Source: Candidatus Limnocylindrus sp. ZSMar2m-chloro-G89 (lineage in GTDB: Bacteria; Chloroflexota; Limnocylindria; Limnocylindrales; Limnocylindraceae). Taken from it: DNA of 40,787 nucleotides. The DNA lies in the NCBI GenBank assembly GCA_003670475.1, contig QWRJ01000005.1, forward strand, positions 5,216 through 46,002, in the 5' to 3' direction. This document shows positions 8,550 to 17,917 of this stretch, piece by piece. The position numbers were made by a program, and so were the translations under genes. Each line of letters opens with the position of its first letter. Positions within the stretch are counted from its first letter, which is position 1. The notes beneath the pieces are model-generated. The model made no database searches, was not told the origin of the DNA, and saw only the letters and a program-made list of their open reading frames with translations.

Positions 8550-9548
8550 CTAGTTGCGACGGTTGCGAATCGCGCGCGGATCCGCGGTCCACGGTCGAAC
8601 CCCCTCTGAGAGGAGGAGCTGCTCACGTTGAAGGTGCTGATCAAGGATGCGCAGCCGCGTCAGTGCATCAGGCGCCTCAAGGAGCTCTTGTCGTTGCGCG
8701 CTGGAGAGTTGGACCACGCCGCCAACAATATGCGAGAGGCCAACAGGATCATCGGTACCAGAGAGGCGGGTGATTGCGGTGGCGAGCAGTTCGCCATCTT
8801 CATCAAGCTCTTCGTCGTCATCAGACTCGTCGTCGTCCATCTGGACGACTTCAACTTGCTCAAACTCAGTGTCACGGAGTGAGGCGCTGGCGGCGCTCGA
8901 AGCGAGCATCAGTCGCTCAATCTCGATTACTACCTCTTGCGAGAGTCGTAGCCCCTCCTCTTCGGCGAGCGCTTCGTCGATCGCCTCAACTGTGACTTCG
9001 TCGCTCAGCATCTCTTCGTCTTCTTCTTCGTCGTCGCCTTCTTCGCCGGCATCGTCGTCGCCGTGGTCGCGCTCATCAGCGCCGCGGAGGAGCTCAAGGT
9101 AGCCAACAAAGCCGGCGGAGACACGTTCAGCGGCGTTGAGTAGATCACTTGATGGTCCACCCTCTGGCTCATCAAGCAGTGCGATCTCCGCGCGAAGGTA
9201 TGGCGCGTCGCGATCAAGGCGTATGACGCGGAAGCGCGTCGTGCCGAGCGTGACGAGATCCCAGCGACCGTCTACGTATCGCGTTGCTTCGCGAATGTCG
9301 GCGATGGTGCCGATGGTGGCGAGCTGGCCGGCACTGATGTTGATCACGCCGAACGGGGTGCGTGACTCCATGCAGCGCTTCACCATCAGCCGATAGCGCG
9401 GCTCAAAGATGTGCAGCGGCAGTGCAACGCCAGGGAAGAGGACGAGATCGAGCGGAAAGAGTGGGACGAGTGCCGCGCGCGGCGGCGTGGGGAGTGTCTC
9501 TGCTTGACCCTCGGGCTCGCGCCCGTCGCTTGCTGCGTCCCCGTTCAG
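8550..9548 (-). CDS. LON peptidase substrate-binding (N) domain protein with acidic insertion; start codon uncertain (CTG at 9548 proposed)
   Basis: VPLFPLDLVLFPGVALPLHIFEPRYRLM lies in frame upstream of the track's ATG (9386). Also GTIADI, DGRWDLVTLGTTRFRV, RQELLE..RL. Confidence 0.8.
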   Translation of the reverse strand: MNGDAASDGREPEGQAETLPTPPRAALVPLFPLDLVLFPGVALPLHIFEPRYRLMVKRCMESRTPFGVINISAGQLATIGTIADIREATRYVDGRWDLVTLGTTRFRVIRLDRDAPYLRAEIALLDEPEGGPSSDLLNAAERVSAGFVGYLELLRGADERDHGDDDAGEEGDDEEEDEEMLSDEVTVEAIDEALAEEEGLRLSQEVVIEIERLMLASSAASASLRDTEFEQVEVVQMDDDESDDDEELDEDGELLATAITRLSGTDDPVGLSHIVGGVVQLSSAQRQELLEAPDALTRLRILDQHLQREQLLLSEGVRPWTADPRAIRNRRN

Positions 9549-9555
9549 GGGAGGC

Positions 9556-9981
9556 TCAGTGGCTGCAGGCGGAGGGTGCGCCGGCCGACTCCGCAGTGCG
9601 GAAGCTCGAACCGCAGCCGCAGCCGCCGACCGAGTTTGGATTCTCCACGGTGAAGCCAGCTCCCATCAGTGAGTCAACGTAGTCAACAGAGGATCCGTTC
9701 ACGAGCGGCACCGACTTCTCGTCGAGGTAGACCTTCACGCCGTTCGTTTCAAAGACCTGATCATCTGGGTTTGATGTCTCTTCCACCATCATGCCGTAGC
9801 GGTAGCCGCTGCAGCCGCCTGAGATGATGTAGACGCGTAGGCCAATGGCGGGATTCGTCTCACCCTTGGTGAGGTCGCGGAACTTTGCGGCGGCGGCATC
9901 GGTAAGGACAAGCGTTGTTGCTGGCGTCTCTGTTGCCGGCTTCTCTACTGGAGTGCTGGCTGCCGTCTCTTGGTTCAACAT
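9556..9981 (-). CDS. A-type Fe-S carrier (IscA/ErpA/HesB family)
   Basis: GGCSG, VDYVDSLMGAGF, NPN...CGCGSSF; GGAGG SD. Confidence 0.95.
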   Translation of the reverse strand: MLNQETAASTPVEKPATETPATTLVLTDAAAAKFRDLTKGETNPAIGLRVYIISGGCSGYRYGMMVEETSNPDDQVFETNGVKVYLDEKSVPLVNGSSVDYVDSLMGAGFTVENPNSVGGCGCGSSFRTAESAGAPSACSH

Positions 9982-10035
9982 TCGCTGCCTCCTACCTCGT
10001 CTGCGATCCGCCTCTTGGCGCCCCGCGTTGCTAGA

Positions 10036-11286
10036 TCAGGATTCTACCCGCTCCACGAGCATTGCGATTCCTTGCCCCACCCCCACGCACATAGAGGCAA
10101 CCCCGTAGCGGCCCCCGCTGCGGCGAAGCTCCCTGGTGAGCGTGACGAGCATGCGCGCCCCTGAGGCGCCGAGTGGGTGGCCGAGGGCGATCGCCCCGCC
10201 ATGGATGTTGGTAGTGGCTGGATTGAGGCCGAGTTCACGGATGCAGGCGACCGCCTGGCTGGCGAAGGCCTCGTTCAACTCCACGCGGTCGATCTGCTTC
10301 GCGCTGAGCCCCGTGCGCGTCAGCAACTTCGTGATCGCTGGGATCGGGCCGATCCCCATGACAGACGGGTCAACGCCAGCAACAGAGGTTGCAACGATCC
10401 GCGCAAGTGGCTTCAGGCCGAGTGCCCGCGCGCGGCCCGCCTCCATGATGAGCAGCGCCGCGGCACCGTCGTTGATGCCGGATGCGTTTCCTGCGGTGAC
10501 ACTTCCACCTTCGGTAAATGCTGGCCGCAACTTTGCAAGGCTCGCCGCATCCGTCTCTGGTCGTGGGTGCTCGTCCTTGTCAACAAGTAGTGCATCACCC
10601 TTCCGTTGCGCAATGCGCACAGGGACGATCTCTTCTGCATGCACGCCACTCTTCGCTGCGGCGGCGGCGCGGCGCTGCGACTCAAGTGCAAACGCGTCCT
10701 GCTCTTCGCGTGAAACCTTCCATGTGGACGCAACGCGCTCTGCCGTTTCGCCAAGCGAGATTGTTGGGTACTTCGCGTCAAGCTTTGGATTGACGAAGCG
10801 CCAGCCAATTGTGGTGTCAACAAGTTCGTGGTTGCCACGCTCGTAGCCAGTCTCTGGCTTCAGTGTCACGAGCGGCGCGCGGCTCATGCTCTCCACTCCA
10901 CCAGCGATGATCACATCGGCGTCGCCCACAGCAATCGCCTGCGCCGCACTTGCAACCGCCTGCAACCCTGATCCGCAGAGTCGATTCACCGTCTGGCCGG
11001 CAACCTCAACGGGAAACCCAGCAAGAAGGAGGGCCATGCGCGCAACGTTGCGATTATCTTCGCCCGCCTGATTGGCGCAACCAAGGATCACATCGTCAAC
11101 GATCGCAGCGTCAATGCCGCTTCGCGCCACGACCGCCTCGAGCACCGTTGCGGCGAGATCATCTGGGCGCACGCCAGCGAGTGCGCCGCCGTAGCGACCG
11201 ACGGGGGTGCGGACCGCCTCAACAATCCACGCCTCGCGGAGGGGGCGGCCAGGGGCTACCGAGGGGGTGGTGCTGCTCTCTGTCAT
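10036..11286 (-). CDS. Acetyl-CoA C-acyltransferase (thiolase, PcaF/PaaJ-like)
   Basis: [43 protein letters not shown]. Confidence 0.93.
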   Translation of the reverse strand: MTESSTTPSVAPGRPLREAWIVEAVRTPVGRYGGALAGVRPDDLAATVLEAVVARSGIDAAIVDDVILGCANQAGEDNRNVARMALLLAGFPVEVAGQTVNRLCGSGLQAVASAAQAIAVGDADVIIAGGVESMSRAPLVTLKPETGYERGNHELVDTTIGWRFVNPKLDAKYPTISLGETAERVASTWKVSREEQDAFALESQRRAAAAAKSGVHAEEIVPVRIAQRKGDALLVDKDEHPRPETDAASLAKLRPAFTEGGSVTAGNASGINDGAAALLIMEAGRARALGLKPLARIVATSVAGVDPSVMGIGPIPAITKLLTRTGLSAKQIDRVELNEAFASQAVACIRELGLNPATTNIHGGAIALGHPLGASGARMLVTLTRELRRSGGRYGVASMCVGVGQGIAMLVERVES

Positions 11287-11325
11287 GCGGAGAGTCTACG
11301 CCCAGCGCTCCGCTACGATGGGGGC

Positions 11326-12078
11326 ATGAGCTCCTCTAGTAGCCCCGCACCCCTCACCACGAACAAGGCGACGCTCGCGGCGGCCATCAGCGCGCTCCCT
11401 GGCGGGATCCCTTCCGTTGCACAACTCTTCGCCTATGCGGCGGAGGCCGAACGCCGCGTCCAGACGCTGCGCCTCCGTGCTGAAGAGCGCAGTGTCACTG
11501 CCGCGGGAGGGAGCGTGACGCAGACCGAACTTCTCGTTGATCGACCGCGCGCCCGCGTCACCACCATCCACGGTGACTCCTACGACGTCTGGGCAACCGA
11601 TGGCAGCCTGATAGAGCAGTACAGCGCCGCGAGCAACACCTTCACGCGCCGACCGCACCGCGCCGCGCCAGCAGGACTTGATGGTGAGGGACTTCCGTCA
11701 ACTGTCGCAGTAGGAGCGACGCTCGGGCCACTCCCATTAAAGGGCTGGGCGACAACGCTTCTTCGACCCGGTCACTTCTGCAGCAACGTGCTCTCAAGTG
11801 CCGTCCTTGGCGCCGTCCACGAGACAACGCATCTCGGCCGCGCAGCGCTTGCCGTTGACGCAGCAGCGCCACGAACGATCGATCGGATCGGTGACCACGC
11901 CGCCTTCCGCTATGAGGTGACATTCGACCGGCAGACGGGTCTTCTCCTAGCGGTTAACGAACTCCACAACGACCAGCTGGTGCGAAGCACCACAGTGACC
12001 GCACTTGCGATTGACGCAGCGATACCGGCGAGCGAGTTCGTTATTGAAATCCCAGGCAACGCGCGCAAGATCTACTAG
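11326..12078 (+). CDS. LolA/RseB-like fold hypothetical protein, no clear signal peptide
   Basis: Pattern WATDG...QYSAASNTFT and D.QTGLLL...AIPASEF.IEIPG resembles LolA-family proteins. Confidence 0.55.
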   Translation: MSSSSSPAPLTTNKATLAAAISALPGGIPSVAQLFAYAAEAERRVQTLRLRAEERSVTAAGGSVTQTELLVDRPRARVTTIHGDSYDVWATDGSLIEQYSAASNTFTRRPHRAAPAGLDGEGLPSTVAVGATLGPLPLKGWATTLLRPGHFCSNVLSSAVLGAVHETTHLGRAALAVDAAAPRTIDRIGDHAAFRYEVTFDRQTGLLLAVNELHNDQLVRSTTVTALAIDAAIPASEFVIEIPGNARKIY

Positions 12079-12123
12079 CAGACGCAAAGGAGTTAGCGGC
12101 AGGCGAAGCGGTTGGAGGTCACG

Positions 12124-12573
12124 ATGGCCGAATTCACAGGTTCAGCGCAACTAGGGAAGAGCGTTGCGCAGCTACTTGCAGCGAGTGAAGACCCAGCAGT
12201 AATTGCCGCACTCCTCCCAGGATGCGAGGCGCTTCACCGCATTGACCCAGAACATATTGAGGGTCGCCTCGCCACGGAGGTTGCTGGCATTCCGGTCACC
12301 GCCGCCGTCTCCGTGCGACGAACGGTTGAAGCGCTTCCCGGCGGTGTGACACGGTTGCACCTTCGACTGAAAGTTCGTCCAGATATTGGCGGTCAGGCGG
12401 TCGTCGCGGCGCTCGTTGACCTCACACCTGTTTCAGGAGACGCGGCGTCAACTACCGCAACGTGGCGCAGTTCAAGCGAACTTGATCCAATGCTCGCCGT
12501 GATGGCGGGTCAGCGCGTGGAAGAGTTCCTCCGCGTCTCAATCGAACGACTGATCGCCGGCCTCGGCGCGTAA
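12124..12573 (+). CDS. SRPBCC/CoxG-family protein
   Basis: DPAVIAALLPGCE motif, beta-rich core, C-terminal helix; GGAGG SD before ATG 12124. Confidence 0.7.
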   Translation: MAEFTGSAQLGKSVAQLLAASEDPAVIAALLPGCEALHRIDPEHIEGRLATEVAGIPVTAAVSVRRTVEALPGGVTRLHLRLKVRPDIGGQAVVAALVDLTPVSGDAASTTATWRSSSELDPMLAVMAGQRVEEFLRVSIERLIAGLGA

Positions 12574-12580
12574 CGCGCCT

Positions 12581-13069
12581 CTAAGCGAGAAGTGCGGCGC
12601 GCACGGCAAGCGCAAGGATCGCGGCGATCGTCAAGATCGTCAACACCCAGAGTGCGCGAAAGAGTGCGCGGCCACGGTTGATTGGCCACCAGGCCGGTAC
12701 AGAGCGCGCAACACGCAGCGCAGCCTCTGACATTGCAATAAAGAGTGGCACGGCGCCAATCAGCACAGGGATCTTGACGATCGGATCGGACCATCGCGCG
12801 CCAAGGTTCAGCGCGCTGATCACAATCGTGCCGCAGAAGAATCCGATGACGCTGAGATAGATGTAGGCGCCGCGGAGTGGCGTTGGCGCTTCCTCTTTGA
12901 CATACGCTGGAAGTCCGTCGTCGGCGAGTGGCACCTCTTGTCGATCAAGGACGATCATCCCTGGTTCGAAGCGCTCATCGTGCAGCACGCCGCGCAGTAG
13001 CTCAGCGGCGTCGGGCGCCTCTTCCTCTACCGGCTCGGCGAGTGGTCGCTTCGTCTCTGCTTCGCTCAT
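12581..13069 (-). CDS. Hypothetical membrane protein (acidic N-terminus, 3 TM)
   Basis: ATGA overlap with the upstream gene; three hydrophobic segments. Confidence 0.7.
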   Translation of the reverse strand: MSEAETKRPLAEPVEEEAPDAAELLRGVLHDERFEPGMIVLDRQEVPLADDGLPAYVKEEAPTPLRGAYIYLSVIGFFCGTIVISALNLGARWSDPIVKIPVLIGAVPLFIAMSEAALRVARSVPAWWPINRGRALFRALWVLTILTIAAILALAVRAALLA

Positions 13070-13527
13070 CGCCGCGCGAGGAGAAAGCCGAGCACGGCGA
13101 GGGCAATGCCAGCAACGCGTGAGAGCGTGATCGGGATGAGCGGCGAGCCAAGCAGCCCAAACGCATCAATGGCGAGAGCGGCGGCGAGGGAGCCGAGGAT
13201 GTAGATCAGCGTCGCCTCGGTGACGCCGAGCACTGGCACAACGGTGGCGAAGCCGGTCACGATCAACACGCCGAAGAGTCCGCCGGTGAGCAGGAGCGGC
13301 GGAAGTTGCGCCGCTTCGGCGAGTTGCATCTTGCCGCTGATTGCGCCAACAGCCAAGAGGACGGCGAGTCCGCCGATGAAGGAGACGGTTGCAGCAGTGA
13401 TCGGATCGGTGCGGCGACCGACTTCGGAGTTGACGATCGCTTGCACGGAGGAAGCGACGCCAGCGGCGAGGATAAAGAAGCCGAGCGCGATCAGTTGCAT
13501 GCGTGACCTCTGCACCAGTCCTGCCAC
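13066..13527 (-). CDS. DMT family transporter (YdcZ/DUF606-like)
   Basis: VQAIVN, VSFIGG, GGLFG, AIDAFGLLG; 5 TM. Confidence 0.82.
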   Translation of the reverse strand: MAGLVQRSRMQLIALGFFILAAGVASSVQAIVNSEVGRRTDPITAATVSFIGGLAVLLAVGAISGKMQLAEAAQLPPLLLTGGLFGVLIVTGFATVVPVLGVTEATLIYILGSLAAALAIDAFGLLGSPLIPITLSRVAGIALAVLGFLLARR

Positions 13528-13551
13528 ATCAACCCTGCCGTAGGTGGTGGG

Positions 13552-15045
13552 CTACTCGCCCTGGGCGCGGGTGAAACCCTCTTCGCCGTTCCAGGAGCGG
13601 AGCTTCTCAAGGTGGAACCATGTGGCAACGCCTGCAACACGCGCAATGAGCGCAAAGAGTGCCTCGTCTGTGACGACCTTTGACTTATCCCGGGCCACGA
13701 AGCGCGAACGGAAGAAGCCAGGGTGATCAAATGCTGGCGACATCTTTGGCCAGACAACGGTGCCTCGTGCCGAGACGATGCGCAGTTCAAACTCTGGACC
13801 AGCGAGTGCAGCGAGCTTCGTTCCAAACTCCGCCGGCGGCATCAGCGTCTCGGCGAAGATATCAACGCCAATCACCGTTGCGGGCCCAACCTCAGCGCGG
13901 CGTGCCTCACCATCGGGCCAGCGCTTGTGTGGGTTTGGCGCCGCAGGGCGCGGCCGGCTTGCGGCGGTTGGCACACTTGTCGGCTTGCGTCCAAGGTTCT
14001 CAATAACGGCATCGGTAAATCCTGTGGTGCTGGCCGCGGCCTCAATGTCGCCACCCTGCTGGCGCACCACATCTTGCGGAATCGACTTCCCATCTTCCAG
14101 TGTCACAAGGACCGCATCCTCCACCTGGTCGGCAAGGTCAAGTTCACCGATGTGGCGGAGCATCATCGCAGCGGAGAGGACGAGCGCCGTTGGATTGATG
14201 ACGTTCTTGCCGGCGTACTTCGGTGCGGAGCCGTGTACCGCCTCAAAGATCGCCACGCCGTCGCCGTAGTTTGCACTGGAGGCGAAGCCGAGTCCGCCAA
14301 TAAGCCCGGATGCGAGGTCGCTAATAATGTCGCCGTGCAGGTTAGTGGCAACAATCACGTCAAACTGCGCTGGATCTTTCACCATCTGGTGCGCAACGTT
14401 GTCAATGATCAGGTGGTTCGCCTGGATCGGCGCGTACTCTGGGGCGAGCTGCTCACCAATGCTCTTGAACAACCCTTCCGTGAGCTTCAAGATATTGGCC
14501 TTGCTCGCGGTGGTGACCTTCTTCCTGCCTTCGCGAAGTGCCATCTCATAGGCGAAACGAATCACCTTCTCTGAGCCCTTCCGCGTGATGATCTTCAGCG
14601 CCTGCGCAACGTCGTGCGCCTGAAGGTGCTCAATCCCGCCGTAAAGATCTTCAATGTTTTCACGGACGATGATCATGTCGACGCCTTCACCCTTGTAGCG
14701 AGATGGAATGCCAGGGAGTTCGCGCGCTGGGCGCACGTTCGCGTACGTCTCAAAGAGCTTGCGCAACGTGACGTTGGCGCTCTTCTCCCCGAAACCAACG
14801 GGTGTCTCAAGCGGGCCCTTCAGCGCAACGCGGGTTCGGTCAATGCTGTCGCGCGTTGCCTGTGGGACGCCGGTCTGGTCTCCCTTCAAGAAGACGGATG
14901 CGCCGGCTTCAGCCTCTTCCCAGTCAAAGGCCACACCAGCACGCGCCGCTGCGGCATCAAGGATGCGCTGTGTGGCGAGGGCGACCTCGGGGCCAACGCC
15001 GTCGCCAGGGATCAGGGTGATCGCGTGGCGTCGAATGCTGCTCAT
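13552..15045 (-). CDS. icd: NADP-dependent isocitrate dehydrogenase with C-terminal extra domain (Thermus/Rickettsia type)
   Basis: GDGVGPEV, KGPLETPVGFGEKSANVTLRK, RENIEDLY, NLHGDIISD, EAVHGSAPKYAG, C-terminal GFTRAQGE. Confidence 0.92.
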   Translation of the reverse strand: MSSIRRHAITLIPGDGVGPEVALATQRILDAAAARAGVAFDWEEAEAGASVFLKGDQTGVPQATRDSIDRTRVALKGPLETPVGFGEKSANVTLRKLFETYANVRPARELPGIPSRYKGEGVDMIIVRENIEDLYGGIEHLQAHDVAQALKIITRKGSEKVIRFAYEMALREGRKKVTTASKANILKLTEGLFKSIGEQLAPEYAPIQANHLIIDNVAHQMVKDPAQFDVIVATNLHGDIISDLASGLIGGLGFASSANYGDGVAIFEAVHGSAPKYAGKNVINPTALVLSAAMMLRHIGELDLADQVEDAVLVTLEDGKSIPQDVVRQQGGDIEAAASTTGFTDAVIENLGRKPTSVPTAASRPRPAAPNPHKRWPDGEARRAEVGPATVIGVDIFAETLMPPAEFGTKLAALAGPEFELRIVSARGTVVWPKMSPAFDHPGFFRSRFVARDKSKVVTDEALFALIARVAGVATWFHLEKLRSWNGEEGFTRAQGE

Positions 15046-15061
15046 AACTTTAGGATAGCGA

Positions 15062-15853
15062 TCAGCGGGAAAGTCGCCCGCTGGCGCGATCCGCTGCGAT
15101 CAGCCGACGAAGGCCGCCCACGCCTGCATCGATCACGCGATTGACGTCACACGCAACCTCTTCCGCTTCTGTCATGGGGCGCTGCTCAGGATTGCCAAGG
15201 ATCAGCATGGTGCCACCAGCACGAGCGCCGAGCGTTGCCGCAACGATGAAGAGCGTTGCCGCCTCCATCTCTGAGCAGATCGCGCCTCCCGCCATCCATG
15301 CCTTCCAACGTCGCCTCAGGTCATCCGCAATCGGCATGCGCTCTGGCGCGTGCTGCCCGTAGAACGAATCCTTCGATTGCGCCACGCCAACATACGAAGG
15401 GAAGCCGCTCGCCTGCGCAGCCTCGCGCAGCGCGATCGTCACATCAAGATCTGCAACAGCAGGGAATTCAATCGGAAGATAGTGGCGGCTCGTCCCTTCG
15501 TCGCGGATCGCGCCACTGATGACGCCGAGTGAACCGGGCTTGATCTGTGGTTGCATAGAGCCAGAGGTGCCGACGCGAATGAAGGTATCAACGCCAATGT
15601 CGTGCAGCTCCTCAACGGCGATCGCCGTAGATGGGCAGCCGATCCCCGTTGATGTGCAGGCGACAGGTACGCCGTCGAGTTCACCAGCCCAGGTGGTGTA
15701 TTCGCGTCGCTGCATCACAAAACGCGGGTTGTCGAAGCGGCTCGCGATCGCCTCTACGCGACCAGGGTCGCCAGGGAGGAGCACGTAGCGACCGACATCG
15801 CCCTGCTTCAGGCCGATGTGATGCTTCCGACCGTCCTTCTCAGTTGCTGCCAT
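15062..15853 (-). CDS. udp: Uridine phosphorylase
   Basis: LLPGDPGRV, STGIGCPS, IRVGTSG, RDEGTS, SFYGQ, EMEAA. Confidence 0.9.
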   Translation of the reverse strand: MAATEKDGRKHHIGLKQGDVGRYVLLPGDPGRVEAIASRFDNPRFVMQRREYTTWAGELDGVPVACTSTGIGCPSTAIAVEELHDIGVDTFIRVGTSGSMQPQIKPGSLGVISGAIRDEGTSRHYLPIEFPAVADLDVTIALREAAQASGFPSYVGVAQSKDSFYGQHAPERMPIADDLRRRWKAWMAGGAICSEMEAATLFIVAATLGARAGGTMLILGNPEQRPMTEAEEVACDVNRVIDAGVGGLRRLIAADRASGRLSR

Positions 15854-16788
15854 CAGGCACCCCCTTTCGCCAAGTATGGCGCGGCGAGTGCCGCCGCATC
15901 CTCTCGACTCAGGTAACTGCTCTGCGTCCCGAGGCGCTCCACGCTCTTTGACGCGCAGGCAACGGAGAGTTTTGCCGCCTCAACCGGGTTGAGCCCGCTC
16001 GCCAGACCGAAGGCGAAAGCGCCAAGGAAGGCATCTCCGGCTCCCGTGGTGTCTACAACTTTTGCCTCAGGCGCTGGGATGGTGATCAACTCTTCACCTG
16101 GGATGGCGATCACTGCTCCGGCGGAGCCGAGTGTGACGATGAGCTTCGCTCCAGACTTTGCCGCCGCCGCCTTAATCCGCGTGTTTGCGCCATCGCCACG
16201 TGGCTCACCACCGAAGATCGTGGCGAACTCCGTCTCATTCGGTGCAAGCCAATCAGTTGCGGCGAGAAGTTCAGGCTTAAGGACCGCGGCAGGGGCCGGG
16301 TTGAGGAGTGTGGTGATTCCAGCAGCGCGCGCGGCACGGAACGCGGCAAGTGTCACGTGCTGAGGGATCTCAAGCTCGCCAACCACAATGAGTGGCTTAA
16401 ACTCGCGGACGGCCGCCTCTGCGATCGCTGGGTCGGTGCTGTTGTTCGCACCAGGGATGATGATGATCCGATTCTTCCCCTTGGCGTCAACCCAGATTGG
16501 TGCGACGCCGCTGCTCTCTTCAACGGTGCGCATCCAGGTGGTATCAATCTTCTCCTTGACGAAGTTCTCCATGTGCGCGGCACCATACGCGTCGTTCCCA
16601 ACTGCGTTGACCATGGCGACCGGCGCGCCGAATCGCGCCGCCATCACCGCCTGGTTTGCACCCTTTCCACCGAAGCCCATCTGGAATCGATCGCCAACGA
16701 GCGTCTCGCCGACTTCAGGGAGGCGCTGCGCGTAGGCGATGAGATCCATCATCGTGCTCCCGACCACAAGAATGCGTGCTTCGCTCAT
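15853..16788 (-). CDS. rbsK: Ribokinase (PfkB family)
   Basis: GGKGANQAV, NPAPA, PNETE, DTTGAGDAF. Confidence 0.9.
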   Translation of the reverse strand: MSEARILVVGSTMMDLIAYAQRLPEVGETLVGDRFQMGFGGKGANQAVMAARFGAPVAMVNAVGNDAYGAAHMENFVKEKIDTTWMRTVEESSGVAPIWVDAKGKNRIIIIPGANNSTDPAIAEAAVREFKPLIVVGELEIPQHVTLAAFRAARAAGITTLLNPAPAAVLKPELLAATDWLAPNETEFATIFGGEPRGDGANTRIKAAAAKSGAKLIVTLGSAGAVIAIPGEELITIPAPEAKVVDTTGAGDAFLGAFAFGLASGLNPVEAAKLSVACASKSVERLGTQSSYLSREDAAALAAPYLAKGGA

Positions 16789-16906
16789 CTTTCGCCTTTC
16801 ACTCCTCTGCGGGATGCACGCCGCATCGGCGACGGGTCTGCGATGATGATGCCGCCTCCGCGCCCTCTCTGCACGGCGCGTCGCGGTACATGTTGGAGGA
16901 GAGTCA

Positions 16907-17908
16907 ATGCACGAGAGCCAGCTCTGGGAGAGCCCGGTCCTTCAGTCGGTCCTGCCTGTGGTCGAAGCGGGCCAGCACGTCCGAATCTCTGAGGAGGCGA
17001 TCCGGCGCGTGGCCGGCTGGATGGCATACGAGGAGTTCGCGCCGATCGGCGGCGGCTCGTCTGGCCCGTTCGATGTTGGCCCCGATCCCGACCGCATCAC
17101 GGACCTCACCATGCTCGTGAATACGCTGAACTTCGCCTTCACCGACTTCACCACCTCCGTGAAGTTTGAGACGGAGTACCGCGGCGTGACCTACGTAGAT
17201 AGTGAAGCGATGGTCGCCTGCATGCACCGTGCCGTTAGCGCTGGTGAGCCGCTCCTCACTGGCGAGTGGGCGGCACGCGCAACACACGACGATCTTGCAC
17301 GCATCTTCAAGGGAAACATCCAGATGCCAATGCTCGCAGAGCGTGCGCAGATCTTGAACCAGGTTGGCGCAGTACTCGTGGATCGCTACCAGGGCGCCTG
17401 GCACAACTGGGTCGCATCGTGCACGCCCGCGCTCTATGCGGATGGCGATGGCCTCTTAGAGCGACTCCCCGTTGAGTTTTCGCGATTCAGCGACGTCAGC
17501 CTCTGGCGCGGACACGAGGTGAAGATCGCGAAGTTGGCGCAGCTGGGACTCTGGTCGCTCCACCTCTCCCTCGCGCGCGTTAGGAAGAAGACGCTGCGCG
17601 ATCCGTGGCGCGCAACGGCCTTCGCCGACTACATCGTCCCTGTTGCGCTGCGCGTGATGGGGATCGCTACCTTTACCCCTGTACTAGCCGAGGCGATTGA
17701 TCACGGCGTAGAGATTCCGCGCGATTCAGAAGAAGAGATTGAGTTGCGGGCGCTCTCCATCTACGCCGTTGCGCGGCTGACCGATGAGATCAACGCGCTG
17801 CGGCCAGATGCGCTGCAACTGATCAGCCCGCAGGTGGACTACCGACTCTGGAAGAGCTACCACGCAACGCACCATCCGCATCACCTGACGCGCACGGTGA
17901 TGTACTAG
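16907..17908 (+). CDS. Queuosine salvage protein (DUF2419/QNG1 queuosine-nucleotide N-glycosylase family)
   Basis: NTLNFAF, MPMLAER, KLAQL, TAFADYIVPVALR, EIELRA, VDYRLW, HHLTRTVMY; next to a VUT transporter. Confidence 0.88.
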   Translation: MHESQLWESPVLQSVLPVVEAGQHVRISEEAIRRVAGWMAYEEFAPIGGGSSGPFDVGPDPDRITDLTMLVNTLNFAFTDFTTSVKFETEYRGVTYVDSEAMVACMHRAVSAGEPLLTGEWAARATHDDLARIFKGNIQMPMLAERAQILNQVGAVLVDRYQGAWHNWVASCTPALYADGDGLLERLPVEFSRFSDVSLWRGHEVKIAKLAQLGLWSLHLSLARVRKKTLRDPWRATAFADYIVPVALRVMGIATFTPVLAEAIDHGVEIPRDSEEEIELRALSIYAVARLTDEINALRPDALQLISPQVDYRLWKSYHATHHPHHLTRTVMY

Positions 17909-17917
17909 GGTGAGACG

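Noticed and set aside
8800-9065. TCG/TCT trinucleotide runs as a microsatellite or repeat array
   Set aside because: They are explained by Asp/Glu codons on the minus strand and are not perfect tandem repeats.
16789-16906. preQ1 riboswitch upstream of QNG1/VUT
   Set aside because: No preQ1 class I, II or III consensus or A-rich tail is visible; only short generic GC hairpins.
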